Positions 10,254 through 19,903 of a stretch of 64,000 nucleotides of DNA are shown here, piece after piece (position 1 is the first letter of the stretch; every line of letters begins with the position of its first letter). The notes under the pieces are model-generated. The model saw only the letters and a program-made list of their open reading frames with translations, made no database searches and was not told the origin of the DNA. The DNA lies in IMG/VR virus record IMGVR_UViG_3300032268_000966; one strand, given 5' to 3'. The stretch is from an uncultured virus (IMG/VR IMGVR_UViG_3300032268_000966) (taxonomy: Duplodnaviria; Heunggongvirae; Uroviricota; Caudoviricetes). The position numbers were made by a program, and so were the translations under genes.

Positions 10254-10571
10254 ATGTCAGAGGAAACACAAGACCACAATGACGGTACATGGTCAGGTCT
10301 TAAAAAAACAATCATTGGATTGGTCACAACTATCGTCTTAGGCGCTGGTGGTGTGGTTACAACTAAACTAATTGGTGGTGAAGAAGAAAAACCAGCAACA
10401 CAACAAGCGGCACCTGTGATTAATATCAACAACACTCAAACTCAACAACAAGCTGCGGGTGGTGGAAAAACAATAATCATAAAAGAAAATTCTAGTGCAC
10501 CTGCAACAGCGGCACCTAAACCTAAGAAGAAAGAAGGAGACGAATTTAAAGAAGAAGCTCCTAAATGGTAA
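10254..10571 (+). CDS. single-TM membrane protein
   Basis: One hydrophobic helix and a low-complexity tail. Confidence 0.7.
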   Translation: MSEETQDHNDGTWSGLKKTIIGLVTTIVLGAGGVVTTKLIGGEEEKPATQQAAPVININNTQTQQQAAGGGKTIIIKENSSAPATAAPKPKKKEGDEFKEEAPKW

Positions 10572-11095
10572 ATTATATGAAAGAAAGTACTGGTTTTAAA
10601 GAATTGTTAAATAAGATGATGACAAGAAGATGGTATATAACTGCCATGGTTCTTGGAGGATTCATGTTAATAATGGGAGGAATCTTTGCAGCCATCATGG
10701 GAAAAACTGCAATGGAAACTGAGTGGAAAGAACTTATGTTGTTATTGTTGGGTGCCTTTATTGGTTCATATGGTAAAATCATTGACTATTGGTTCAGTGA
10801 TACAGACAAAGATAAAATGTTAGTTCAGAAAATGGACGAGGAGGACGGTATTTCATTATCTAATACACAAGATATAAAAGACTCGACTCCATTACCAAGT
10901 AACGTAACAACACCACAAGTTAAAGTTGAGATAGACGAAGATGGTGACGGAACTATGGATGGATATGATATTGATGGTGATGGTAAAATAGATGAATATT
11001 TTGACCACAGAAACTGTCAACACGTTTGGGGTGATGTGGACGGAGATGGCGACGAAGAGTGCGTAATCTGCGGAGCAATCAAACCAATCGAATAA
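10565..11095 (+). CDS. two-TM membrane protein with DxDGDG Ca-binding repeats
   Basis: DEDGDG, DIDGDG and DVDGDG; C-terminal CQH...CVIC. Confidence 0.7.
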   Translation: MVNYMKESTGFKELLNKMMTRRWYITAMVLGGFMLIMGGIFAAIMGKTAMETEWKELMLLLLGAFIGSYGKIIDYWFSDTDKDKMLVQKMDEEDGISLSNTQDIKDSTPLPSNVTTPQVKVEIDEDGDGTMDGYDIDGDGKIDEYFDHRNCQHVWGDVDGDGDEECVICGAIKPIE

Positions 11096-11119
11096 ATAAA
11101 AAAATAAAATTGAGGAAAA

Positions 11120-11350
11120 ATGAAAAAAATTAACTTTCAAAAAATTGGTGATGTAATGTTTAAGGCATACTTGGGATTAGTCGGATTATGGCTTGTATTT
11201 GCATTATCAACACAAGTATTCTTTCTTTATTTGCAATTCACAAGTCAAGACGAAAGAATGAGAAACATTGTAAATGAGATAGAATGGAAAATAGACGGAA
11301 CGTTCAAGGACAATCCTGATAATATTTGGTATGAAGGGGATAAGAAATAA
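11120..11350 (+). CDS. small membrane protein
   Basis: One TM segment. Confidence 0.65.
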   Translation: MKKINFQKIGDVMFKAYLGLVGLWLVFALSTQVFFLYLQFTSQDERMRNIVNEIEWKIDGTFKDNPDNIWYEGDKK

Positions 11351-11559
11351 TGATTAAAAAATTCTATCAAGAGTTTGAACAAGTAATCTTGTTTTGCTCA
11401 ACAATCATCTATCTAATCGGGTTTATGTTCTATTTTAATAACGAAATGAGAACTACAGATTGGATGGGACCTCTTTGGATTATACAGTTCTTTACATTAG
11501 GAACATTACTAGGTCTGTACAGTAGAAAGAAGGACTGGAGATGGCCTAAAAGATATTAA
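11350..11559 (+). CDS. small membrane protein
   Basis: Two TM segments; coupled start/stop. Confidence 0.65.
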   Translation: MIKKFYQEFEQVILFCSTIIYLIGFMFYFNNEMRTTDWMGPLWIIQFFTLGTLLGLYSRKKDWRWPKRY

Positions 11560-11566
11560 TCAACAT

Positions 11567-12283
11567 ATGAAAAAGATATTATTAATGGCGGGACTTTTAG
11601 TCTCAATGGCTTCCTATGGCCAAACTGTAGGTAAAACTCAGACAGAACAATATAAAGCATCTTTTGAGACCGCAATAGATATTAGTCGGTTTTTGGATTA
11701 CGATGGACCACAAATACCAATACAAATATTAAAGGCGGGAATCTCAGACGAAATGTATGAGATGTATCCTGAACTTAAAGAAAAAAGAGTTGGATTAGGG
11801 GTTGCGAATATTTCAATGGAATACCTTGAGAATCTTAATCGTTTTAAATTCACAGAAGATAAAACAGAAATTAAGAATAGAATGGTTAAGCAATTCCAAG
11901 CTTCACAATCGGGAATTTCTGAGAATAAATTAGACGGTAGAGGTAAAATTAATTTGGCACAATACTTCGTAACAATTGAGTGTTACGATTATTCTGTATC
12001 TGAAGATGAAACCGTCAATTTACAGAATGGGGTTAAAAATTTAATGGTTACCCGTATTGGTTTACAAGTAAGATTCACAAATGCAGAAACAGGAGTTGTA
12101 TTTGGTGCGTCAGGATTAGGTGAAGCAAAGACAACAAGAGAACTAACTTTATTATCAGATGCAACCGTAGACCCAATTAAATTTAATCAATCAACAATAT
12201 CAATTGCGACTAAAAAAGCTCTTGATATTGCTTGTGCTAGAATCTTAGATAGGATGATTAAAAAAGGAATTTACACCAAATAA
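11567..12283 (+). CDS. CsgG/HfaB-like outer-membrane channel protein
   Basis: Signal peptide; NRFKFTE, AQYFVTIEC and IGLQVRFTNAETGVV match the CsgG-family pattern. Confidence 0.6.
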   Translation: MKKILLMAGLLVSMASYGQTVGKTQTEQYKASFETAIDISRFLDYDGPQIPIQILKAGISDEMYEMYPELKEKRVGLGVANISMEYLENLNRFKFTEDKTEIKNRMVKQFQASQSGISENKLDGRGKINLAQYFVTIECYDYSVSEDETVNLQNGVKNLMVTRIGLQVRFTNAETGVVFGASGLGEAKTTRELTLLSDATVDPIKFNQSTISIATKKALDIACARILDRMIKKGIYTK

Positions 12284-12295
12284 GATACAATATAA

Positions 12296-13549
12296 TTGAA
12301 AGGTATAAAAATATTATTAATTATCTTATTTGTGGTTTTCCTCACCCACAGGTCACAAGGACAGGTAGTGACTCAAACCTACCTGGACCCTTGTGATTTA
12401 AAAACCTATGTCGTATCAATACCAATTCAATCTACAACAGGGGTATTGGTTATTATTAGAGGAACCTCCAAAATTTTTACGTATTCACAATTTACAAGTG
12501 GGGAAGTAGACAGATGGGTTAATTCAATATTCGCAACACCATGTCCATCAACAACAGTAGTAACTCAAACAGTAGCGACAACAGTAACTCAGGCGGTAGC
12601 TGCGGCGGCTTCTTCAGCGGCATCATCGGCTGCAAGTTCTGCTGCTGGTTCGGCCGCAAGTTCAGCGGCATCCTCACAACCTCAATCCTCCTCGTCATCT
12701 TCATCTTCATCCTCCCAATCGTCATCATCTTCTGGGGAATCATCCTCATCAGAGGGTGGGTCTGGAGATTCAAAAGGAGAAACTTCAGAAAGTAAAAGTG
12801 AAGAAAAGAAAGAAGAAAAAAAATCTGACGAGAAAAAAAAAGAAGAAAAAAAGAAAGCGATTAGCACAAACCCAATGTTATTTGCTTCAGACTTAACAAC
12901 ATCTCAAGGACCTAATATGAACTATGATGTGATTGCGTCATTTGGTGTTAGTAAATCATCCATGGCAGGAAATGAAAGTTGGGGTGCAAATGCGATGGTT
13001 TGGAGTACGTTAAAACAATTCGCATTAAGTGGTGGATATACAAAAATGGATTTTAAAAACGGTAAGTTAGAATCAATTAATTCATATTCTATTACTGCCG
13101 CTTATTTGGACGGAAATTACATGAATCTTGTTGGATATACCCACATTATACCAAATCCAAAATACGGAACATACGGTTATAACGTAGGAGCAATTACTTT
13201 ATTGTTACAAGATAAAGAATTGGTTAATATAAAAACAGGAGAAATGAGAGACGTTTTAAATGTCTCATTTTCAACATCTGTGGTTGGGTTTTGGACTAAA
13301 CCATTTCCTGTTAGTTCAAAGATAGTTTTATCACCACAAGTATTTGTTATGAATTCACCAATAAGTTGGAATTCAAAAACTGGAGAAACAACAGTTAATC
13401 GACAATTTGGATTTTTAGTTGGTTCATCGTTTGATTATAAAATAAGTAAACGATTTGGTTTAAGCCTAAACTATAAAGCTTCGGGTTCCACTCAAAAAGG
13501 AACACCGATTCTCAATAACTTCTTGATTGGTTCAAGATTAATGCTATAA
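12296..13549 (+). CDS. outer-membrane beta-barrel protein with Ala/Ser-rich and Lys/Glu-rich linker
   Basis: Signal peptide, Cys-bounded N-domain, low-complexity stalk, amphipathic C-terminal strands. Confidence 0.6.
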   Translation: MKGIKILLIILFVVFLTHRSQGQVVTQTYLDPCDLKTYVVSIPIQSTTGVLVIIRGTSKIFTYSQFTSGEVDRWVNSIFATPCPSTTVVTQTVATTVTQAVAAAASSAASSAASSAAGSAASSAASSQPQSSSSSSSSSSQSSSSSGESSSSEGGSGDSKGETSESKSEEKKEEKKSDEKKKEEKKKAISTNPMLFASDLTTSQGPNMNYDVIASFGVSKSSMAGNESWGANAMVWSTLKQFALSGGYTKMDFKNGKLESINSYSITAAYLDGNYMNLVGYTHIIPNPKYGTYGYNVGAITLLLQDKELVNIKTGEMRDVLNVSFSTSVVGFWTKPFPVSSKIVLSPQVFVMNSPISWNSKTGETTVNRQFGFLVGSSFDYKISKRFGLSLNYKASGSTQKGTPILNNFLIGSRLML

Positions 13550-13553
13550 GACT

Positions 13554-14174
13554 ATGAAAAAAATACTGGACGTTAGACATTTTATAATATTAGCTTTATT
13601 AATTGCTGTATTAGTTTTACAAAGTGATAAAAAAGTTAAAATTGAAAAAGTAATTGAAAAAATTCCTGGAGAATCTATTCACGATACAATACCTCAAGAA
13701 GTTCCTGTGTATATTGAGGGAGAAGACATTTATCATGACACTACAATCTATGTACCAACATTAGTACAAGTCGATACTGCGGAAATCCTTAAAGAATTTT
13801 ATGCTAAAATGATTAACATGGATACTATTAAGTTGAATAATAATCAGGGGTTTATATATTTGTCTGATAGCATATCTCAAAACAAAATAATATCAAGAAA
13901 TTGGTCATCGTCAATTAAACAAAAAATAGTTAGAGAACCTGCTCCATTACCTCCACCTATTAGAAACCAAATATTTTTGGGGGTTGATGGTTCTTGGAGT
14001 CAAAAAGATTGGGTGAATTCGTTAGGAGTGGGATTAATACTTAAAACCAAAAAAGACCAACTTTACCACGTAGGGATAGGAGTGGCAAATAGAACAATTG
14101 ATGGAGTATCTGGAGAATTTACACCGTATGTTAATGGAGGGATTTATTGGAAACTTAAAGTTAAAAAAGACTAG
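13554..14174 (+). CDS. membrane-anchored protein with C-terminal beta strands
   Basis: N-terminal TM; repeated D-T-(I/A/T) sequons; ends in GGIYWKL. Confidence 0.6.
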   Translation: MKKILDVRHFIILALLIAVLVLQSDKKVKIEKVIEKIPGESIHDTIPQEVPVYIEGEDIYHDTTIYVPTLVQVDTAEILKEFYAKMINMDTIKLNNNQGFIYLSDSISQNKIISRNWSSSIKQKIVREPAPLPPPIRNQIFLGVDGSWSQKDWVNSLGVGLILKTKKDQLYHVGIGVANRTIDGVSGEFTPYVNGGIYWKLKVKKD

Positions 14175-14198
14175 ACTATTTATATAAAAAATAATCTC

Positions 14199-14726
14199 AT
14201 GGATTTGCGTGAATTAATTAAAGAAACATTAGAACAACAATTAAATAAATCTTTAATGTTAAAAGAAGATATTGAAATTTCAGAGGTATTACAATATCAT
14301 ATTGATAATGAAATGACGTTAACTAAAAATGCGTTTAGTGTTTATTCTGAAAGGTATTTTGATTTGGTTAATGAAGTTAGAGAATTGTTTAATAAAGGTA
14401 AAATTGAACTTAATCAGGAGGATACTTTAATGGTTGAATCTGATTTAGGAATTAAAGTAAAAATTGGTAAAGAATACGTTTATTTAGACGCTCCTTATAT
14501 CTTTGAAACTGAAGAGGATATTTTAACAGAATCCAAAATTCCAAGAGGGTCTAAGAAATTTGCGGTTTATACTAAGAGTAAAACAGGAGAGGTCAAAAAG
14601 GTAACTTTTGGTAACTCTAATTTAATGTTGAAAGAAAGTCGCAAATGTTCTCAAAAAACAGATAGAACAACTGCAGGATATTGGTCTTGTAATGTCGGTA
14701 GATTTTCAAAACAATTAGAGCTATAA
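14199..14726 (+). CDS. conserved-looking phage protein, likely virion-associated
   Basis: LRELIKE leader; KKFAVY...KKVTFG...AGYWSC block; TATTTATA upstream. Confidence 0.65.
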   Translation: MDLRELIKETLEQQLNKSLMLKEDIEISEVLQYHIDNEMTLTKNAFSVYSERYFDLVNEVRELFNKGKIELNQEDTLMVESDLGIKVKIGKEYVYLDAPYIFETEEDILTESKIPRGSKKFAVYTKSKTGEVKKVTFGNSNLMLKESRKCSQKTDRTTAGYWSCNVGRFSKQLEL

Positions 14727-14737
14727 TCTTCAAATTT

Positions 14738-15034
14738 TTGGTAATGGACTTAGAAAAAATTAAAAATTATTTACAAACTTATTTGGATGATGTATTAACA
14801 CCAACAATTAATAGAGAGTTAGTTGGTGAAGAAGATGAGCCAATTACTCTAACAGTACATGCGTTAAGAAAGGGTAGTTACCAACCACCAATTTTTCATG
14901 TTTTTATTGATATTGACCCTAACTGGCAGGGTAGTCTTTTAAAAAGATTAGAAAAAGATATTGAAGATTTTATAAAAATTTTTTCTATAAAAAATAAAGT
15001 AAAAGTTCATTGGAACAAAAGACCGTTATTTTAA
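14738..15034 (+). CDS. hypothetical protein
   Basis: 98 aa ORF. Confidence 0.65.
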   Translation: MVMDLEKIKNYLQTYLDDVLTPTINRELVGEEDEPITLTVHALRKGSYQPPIFHVFIDIDPNWQGSLLKRLEKDIEDFIKIFSIKNKVKVHWNKRPLF

Positions 15035-15046
15035 AATTATTCATCC

Positions 15047-15286
15047 GTGCCAAACAAATTGTTAGTTGCCAAACAAATTTTAACTTCAAAATTTAATTAT
15101 AGTTATACAGACATTGGATATTTCAAATACAAATCACATACCCCTACAATTGTAGATTGTATAAAAGAATATCCTATCACAGAGTTCATTTTAAAAAAAA
15201 TTGAAAAAAAAGAATTGGCTTGGGAATTTGAAATGGAAGAAGAAACCCCAAAGTTATATAATGGAAAACTTATAGTTTTAATATAA
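15047..15286 (+). CDS. hypothetical protein
   Basis: 79 aa, GTG start, uncertain. Confidence 0.4.
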   Translation: MPNKLLVAKQILTSKFNYSYTDIGYFKYKSHTPTIVDCIKEYPITEFILKKIEKKELAWEFEMEEETPKLYNGKLIVLI

Positions 15287-15374
15287 TTTTTTAAAAAAAA
15301 ACTTTTTTACAAAGACAGTAGATGATTCTTTATGATTTATAATAATAAACCCACCATAAAGGTGGGTTTATATT

Positions 15375-16373
15375 TTAAGCTCTCATTGTTGGAACAATAT
15401 CTTCCTCCGTCATAACCATATCATTAATTAATTCGCGTATTGTACCTATTTCTCTTTGATAATTATGGACGGGTAATTCTGGTTGTTCCATTGATACCTC
15501 CGTTGGTTGTTCTGACATTTCATTAGAAAACTCAACTCTCATTTTTTCATGAACACTTATACATTCTGTATAAACTTGTTGTTGAATTTCATCTGAACAT
15601 AAATTTTTGTTTGTAAATTCGGACCTAAATATTTTTTTAACAATAGGATATAGATAATCATCAGCATCAACATCAAGGTAATCAACTCTACTATCTTCAG
15701 CATTCCAAAAACTAAATTCTGAATCACCATCTAATCCTTTGTAACCCGCAAACTTATATCCTGTTTCTTTATTGATAAAATATGCCAAAATACCTCGTCT
15801 CCAATATTTTTCAAAATAGTTTTTTTCTTTTTGATATGTTGTACACCATCTTGTTGATGAACCATATTTTGCCGATGCTGAAAATGTTAAAGGTCTAACA
15901 ACAACCCACTTTTCATCTTCATATTCTTTGATAACCTGACCCTCAAGTTCTTTTGTAAGCTCTTTCATGGTGGCCAATGTTACGGCACCTCTAATATCAT
16001 CAATATCTTTATAACTTGTAACATCATTTTTTTCAATCATATTTTTATCCATGTATTCCATGAATAAGTTTAAAGTATGATATGTTTCAGTAGTGAAATT
16101 TTCAGTAATATAGTTTGACAAATAAAACATTTGATTATCTGTAAGTCCATCAGTTGAAATTCCTTTATTAATTAAATTTGATTGAAGTTCCAATATGCCA
16201 ATTGATAATTCATCTTTACGCCACATTTCTTTTACATCAAATCTTTTTCCAAAAATTTTACACATTAGAGGAAGGTATTTGTGAGTTTTAGTAGTATCTA
16301 ATCTAACCATTAAATCAAACATTGTAATATTCAATTCAGGGTATTGTTTTTTTAATTCATTTATACGAGACAT
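15375..16373 (-). CDS. hypothetical protein, paralog of 59188..60684
   Basis: Shared VxPxT..AS.KYG..T.WC.T...YFI and W.A.D motifs. Confidence 0.75.
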   Translation of the reverse strand: MSRINELKKQYPELNITMFDLMVRLDTTKTHKYLPLMCKIFGKRFDVKEMWRKDELSIGILELQSNLINKGISTDGLTDNQMFYLSNYITENFTTETYHTLNLFMEYMDKNMIEKNDVTSYKDIDDIRGAVTLATMKELTKELEGQVIKEYEDEKWVVVRPLTFSASAKYGSSTRWCTTYQKEKNYFEKYWRRGILAYFINKETGYKFAGYKGLDGDSEFSFWNAEDSRVDYLDVDADDYLYPIVKKIFRSEFTNKNLCSDEIQQQVYTECISVHEKMRVEFSNEMSEQPTEVSMEQPELPVHNYQREIGTIRELINDMVMTEEDIVPTMRA

Positions 16374-16462
16374 ATTTTTGCTTTTTTTAAATTATAGGTT
16401 AAATAAAAATATTAGTCAAAAAAAAAACATTCAGTAGAAATACTGAATGTTAATAACTTAAG

Positions 16463-16632
16463 CTGTAAGGGAAGGAGTCGAACCTTCAAGAGGAGATTCA
16501 ATTAATAACACAACGCTTGCAAGCTGGTGGTCTACCCCATATCATTAATCTATTTCTTTGTCCCCGCCCACGAGACAGGTGGGTGCGTATGCCAAGGTCA
16601 TAACTGAGACAACCCAATTTCGCCACCTTACA
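16463..16632 (-). ncRNA. 170-nt tRNA-like RNA (GTC at the anticodon position) with D-loop insertion and giant variable arm
   Basis: Acceptor TGTAAGG/CCTTACA, T arm GAAGG-TTCGACT-CCTTC, anticodon arm CCCAC-CTGTCTC-GTGGG. Confidence 0.8.
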
Positions 16633-16728
16633 ATATTTGAACTAACTCACTGGAAACCTTATAATTGAATTTAATCAACTTATGGGTTAAGTACTCCGTT
16701 TATGTTAGTTCCTCGTACTCCAAGTTTG

Positions 16729-16813
16729 CGGAAGCTCAGGGATTCGAACCCCAGATACCTTTCAGTATGACGGTTTTCAAGACCGTTCCATTCAACCACT
16801 CTGGCAAGCTTCC
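16729..16813 (-). tRNA. tRNA-Ser(TGA)
   Basis: GGAAGCT/AGCTTCC acceptor; ACGGT-CTTGAAA-ACCGT; long variable arm. Confidence 0.95.
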
Positions 16814-16825
16814 TATTCTAAAACT

Positions 16826-17038
16826 TTATTTTCCACCAAAATACTTCTCAATAACCCCTAATCTATCTTCAGCATCTACCAACATTTGTAATGCTTCTTC
16901 AGCATTGCTGTAGAAGTCTTTAGTTGAGTGGTCACCGATACCGACACCTTTATTGCCCAATAGGTCTAAAGTTAATAATGCTTTTGCTTTATCTGACTCT
17001 GCAGATAGTCTCAACATGGTAATCAATTTTTCGTTCAT
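16826..17038 (-). CDS. hypothetical phage protein
   Basis: MNEKLI... start; GVGIGDHS motif. Confidence 0.7.
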   Translation of the reverse strand: MNEKLITMLRLSAESDKAKALLTLDLLGNKGVGIGDHSTKDFYSNAEEALQMLVDAEDRLGVIEKYFGGK

Positions 17039-17093
17039 GTGTATTTTATTTAATAGTCTTTTTATATTGACACAAAAGTAGTATATTTGTGTC

Positions 17094-17516
17094 ATGAAAA
17101 CAACACTCACACTCTTTTTATTATTTATTTCTTTTGTTGGTAAAAGTCAGACTTCTGATATTATGTATGTTCCCGATGAAAAAAGTTTGGTAGTTACGTA
17201 CAACAATAATTATAATGGTTTTGGTTATTATATCGGTGGATATGTGACTACAACGTTTCCTCAACCATATATCTACACAACACCTCAGTCAAGAATAAAT
17301 AGAGTTGGGATTAGTTTAACCAATCATAAATTTTCTATTATGGGTGGTGTTTTTGGTGAAACTTATTTTAATGGTGTCAATTTCAAACCAGATGTTTGGG
17401 TTAAGGTATATCCATTAAGAATATTAACTAATACCAAACGTGGACCCGATTTAACTGTTGGTATAAATTTCATGCAAGGAATTAGATACGGTTTTGGGTT
17501 ATCAATTCCATTTTGA
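17094..17516 (+). CDS. small outer-membrane beta-barrel protein
   Basis: Signal peptide, alternating strands, C-terminal Phe; TATATTTG upstream. Confidence 0.65.
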   Translation: MKTTLTLFLLFISFVGKSQTSDIMYVPDEKSLVVTYNNNYNGFGYYIGGYVTTTFPQPYIYTTPQSRINRVGISLTNHKFSIMGGVFGETYFNGVNFKPDVWVKVYPLRILTNTKRGPDLTVGINFMQGIRYGFGLSIPF

Positions 17517-17530
17517 TGTATTTATAGTTA

Positions 17531-18508
17531 ATGAATCAAGAACAGGTAATAATAGATAGGGTTAATAGATTTTTTGAAAACCACACATTTGAGATATTTT
17601 ATCTCCAAGATGGGGATGGTGAATATCCTACACCTACTAACATTAAAGTTGAAATTACAGGAGTAAGAGAATATATCTCAATGGGAGATAAGAAAGATTA
17701 TGTTACTCTTACATTGTATATCCTACCTTCAAGCGAATTATCTGACTCTCATAATTCAATTATGAGTGGTTATTTTGGTCGTGAAACAAAAATTGAAACA
17801 TACGATGCTGGTCCTTACCAAAATCTTGTATGGGTTACACAAAAAAAAGTGGATGAGTTATTAAAATATTTTTCATTACCATCATCAATGATTACAAAAG
17901 TTGTAAATGAGGTAGAACCAAAGAAAATGAACGAATCTTTAATAGTAGAAGGAGAATTAGACAAACTTACCAGAAAATTAGTACAAGATGTTGTACAATT
18001 TTTCAAACACCAAAGACAAGGAGAATTTGGATTACCTGAAGATTTGGGTAAAGATGAAATGGTTTATACTTATCCTGGATTTGAAGGATTTAGTATCTTC
18101 TTAGATTTGCAATTAAGTGACGATGTAGAGACTGTTGATGTAGATGGGGAGTTATATTATGACGATGATTTAATGTACCTTACAATCATCTCTAATCCAA
18201 ATGCGGGGTATACAATACTTGATGAATTAACTAAAGAATTAAATGAGGTTATTCGTCACGAATTGGAACATATTAAACAACACGAACAAGGATACAAGTT
18301 TCCAAAAAAAGAACCAAAATCTCCTGAAAAATATTATACTCAACAACACGAATTGGAGGCTCAAAGAGCGGGATTCAATAAAAGAGCCAAATCTGAAAAA
18401 GCGGATTTTGAAACATTGGTTAGAACTTGGTTTCAAAAAAATCCACATAAGCATACTTTGAATCCAAAACAACAGGAAAAAGTAATCCAACAAATTTTAC
18501 AGAAGTAA
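17531..18508 (+). CDS. protein with C-terminal zincin metallopeptidase motif
   Basis: HELEH...ELEA. Confidence 0.65.
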   Translation: MNQEQVIIDRVNRFFENHTFEIFYLQDGDGEYPTPTNIKVEITGVREYISMGDKKDYVTLTLYILPSSELSDSHNSIMSGYFGRETKIETYDAGPYQNLVWVTQKKVDELLKYFSLPSSMITKVVNEVEPKKMNESLIVEGELDKLTRKLVQDVVQFFKHQRQGEFGLPEDLGKDEMVYTYPGFEGFSIFLDLQLSDDVETVDVDGELYYDDDLMYLTIISNPNAGYTILDELTKELNEVIRHELEHIKQHEQGYKFPKKEPKSPEKYYTQQHELEAQRAGFNKRAKSEKADFETLVRTWFQKNPHKHTLNPKQQEKVIQQILQK

Positions 18509-19257
18509 TGAATACAGAATTAAAGGATAGGGAATTAAAAATATTTCGTAAGGTATTAATGGAACACTCCTTTGATAAAGATGGATATGAATATCATTTT
18601 TTATCCATAGAACCAGATGACGCGAAAGGATGGAGTTACAATATTGTGGTAAATGTTGTTTTACCTGAAAAAGGTCAATCATATGCGACTCCAGTATTCA
18701 GTGGTCATATTCACGACATTCTTAGTAATATTTGGAAATACGTAGGTAGTAATTTTTCATATTCAGAGAAAATATTAGTTGATGGTAAAGAACCTATTAA
18801 TAAAGGTGTTTTTATTTCCTCTGAGAAACAAAGAGAGGTTTTATTTGCGATGAGAAAAGAAGTTAAGGAAGTAACTTTAAGAACCGCAATAGGTCCATTG
18901 ACTTTTGATATATATTGGAGACCTATGGAAGAATTCTACTACTTAGATGACGTATATATTGATTTTAATTTTAACATTGAAATATCTAACTTCATGTTTG
19001 ATAGTCATTATGTAGTACCTAATTTGAAAATTGCAGATGATGTTGCTGGTGCTATTTTGAACGTAATGTACGATACTGATTACCTAAGAGATGAGATTAA
19101 TAATGTACTTTATGATGTAATGGGTAATGAGATTGATATTATCGGTATTGATGACTTATATTATCAAGCACGATTCTTTATTATTAAAATGGATGGATTT
19201 GAAATTAATCAAAAGTGGGGTAATCATTACGATTTAGAACCCGATATGTTTACTTAA
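18508..19257 (+). CDS. hypothetical protein
   Basis: 249 aa, coupled to the upstream gene. Confidence 0.7.
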   Translation: MNTELKDRELKIFRKVLMEHSFDKDGYEYHFLSIEPDDAKGWSYNIVVNVVLPEKGQSYATPVFSGHIHDILSNIWKYVGSNFSYSEKILVDGKEPINKGVFISSEKQREVLFAMRKEVKEVTLRTAIGPLTFDIYWRPMEEFYYLDDVYIDFNFNIEISNFMFDSHYVVPNLKIADDVAGAILNVMYDTDYLRDEINNVLYDVMGNEIDIIGIDDLYYQARFFIIKMDGFEINQKWGNHYDLEPDMFT

Positions 19258-19870
19258 TTTTTTCGATAATTTTTTTGATTACTTGAGATAAAACTTGAGC
19301 TGTTATTAGAGCACCTCCCGACGCAATCAATCTTTCGGCAATTAATATAGCACTTTCTTTAGGATTTGATGTTCTATATGCAATATCTTGAATATCCATA
19401 ATAATTGGTATTAAAAATGAATATGCTACCGTATCCATAAAAGTACTTACAGTAATTTTTAATGATGAAAGAAATCCTTTAAATGCAGATTTTAAATCCT
19501 TTGCTTTTTCTAACGCTAAACGAAATGCGTCCTCAAGACCTTCCTCTTTAATTTTCTTTAAAATTTTAACTAATCCTCTTTTGTTTTCATAAAATGTTAT
19601 AAATGCAATACCAGCTAAAACCAAATATCTTTGGTCATCAGTTAGTTCAAAATTACCGTCTCTAATAAATTTATCTAACGGCATTACTAAACCACCAACG
19701 GCTGTACCCCAAGTCATTAACATTTTCACGTTAAGGCCATAAACTTTACTAACTCTATTTGCAAGATTTTTAGTGAATGAATACATGGTTTTCATGTAGT
19801 CAGTCATTTTTGATTCATCTTGTTCCTGTAAAATTATTCTCAATTGAGATTCGTTAATTAAAAAATCCAT
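19250..19870 (-). CDS. hypothetical protein, likely virion-associated
   Basis: MDFLINESQLRIILQEQ leader; TATTTAT 13 nt upstream. Confidence 0.7.
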   Translation of the reverse strand: MDFLINESQLRIILQEQDESKMTDYMKTMYSFTKNLANRVSKVYGLNVKMLMTWGTAVGGLVMPLDKFIRDGNFELTDDQRYLVLAGIAFITFYENKRGLVKILKKIKEEGLEDAFRLALEKAKDLKSAFKGFLSSLKITVSTFMDTVAYSFLIPIIMDIQDIAYRTSNPKESAILIAERLIASGGALITAQVLSQVIKKIIEKIK

Positions 19871-19903
19871 ATAACAATAAATATACTGCATATATTTATT
19901 ATC

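Noticed and set aside
12519..12867. Alternative-frame ORFs in the Ser/Ala-rich region, and other antisense ORFs nested in long genes
   Set aside because: By-products of low-complexity or stop-poor antisense frames, with no start context.
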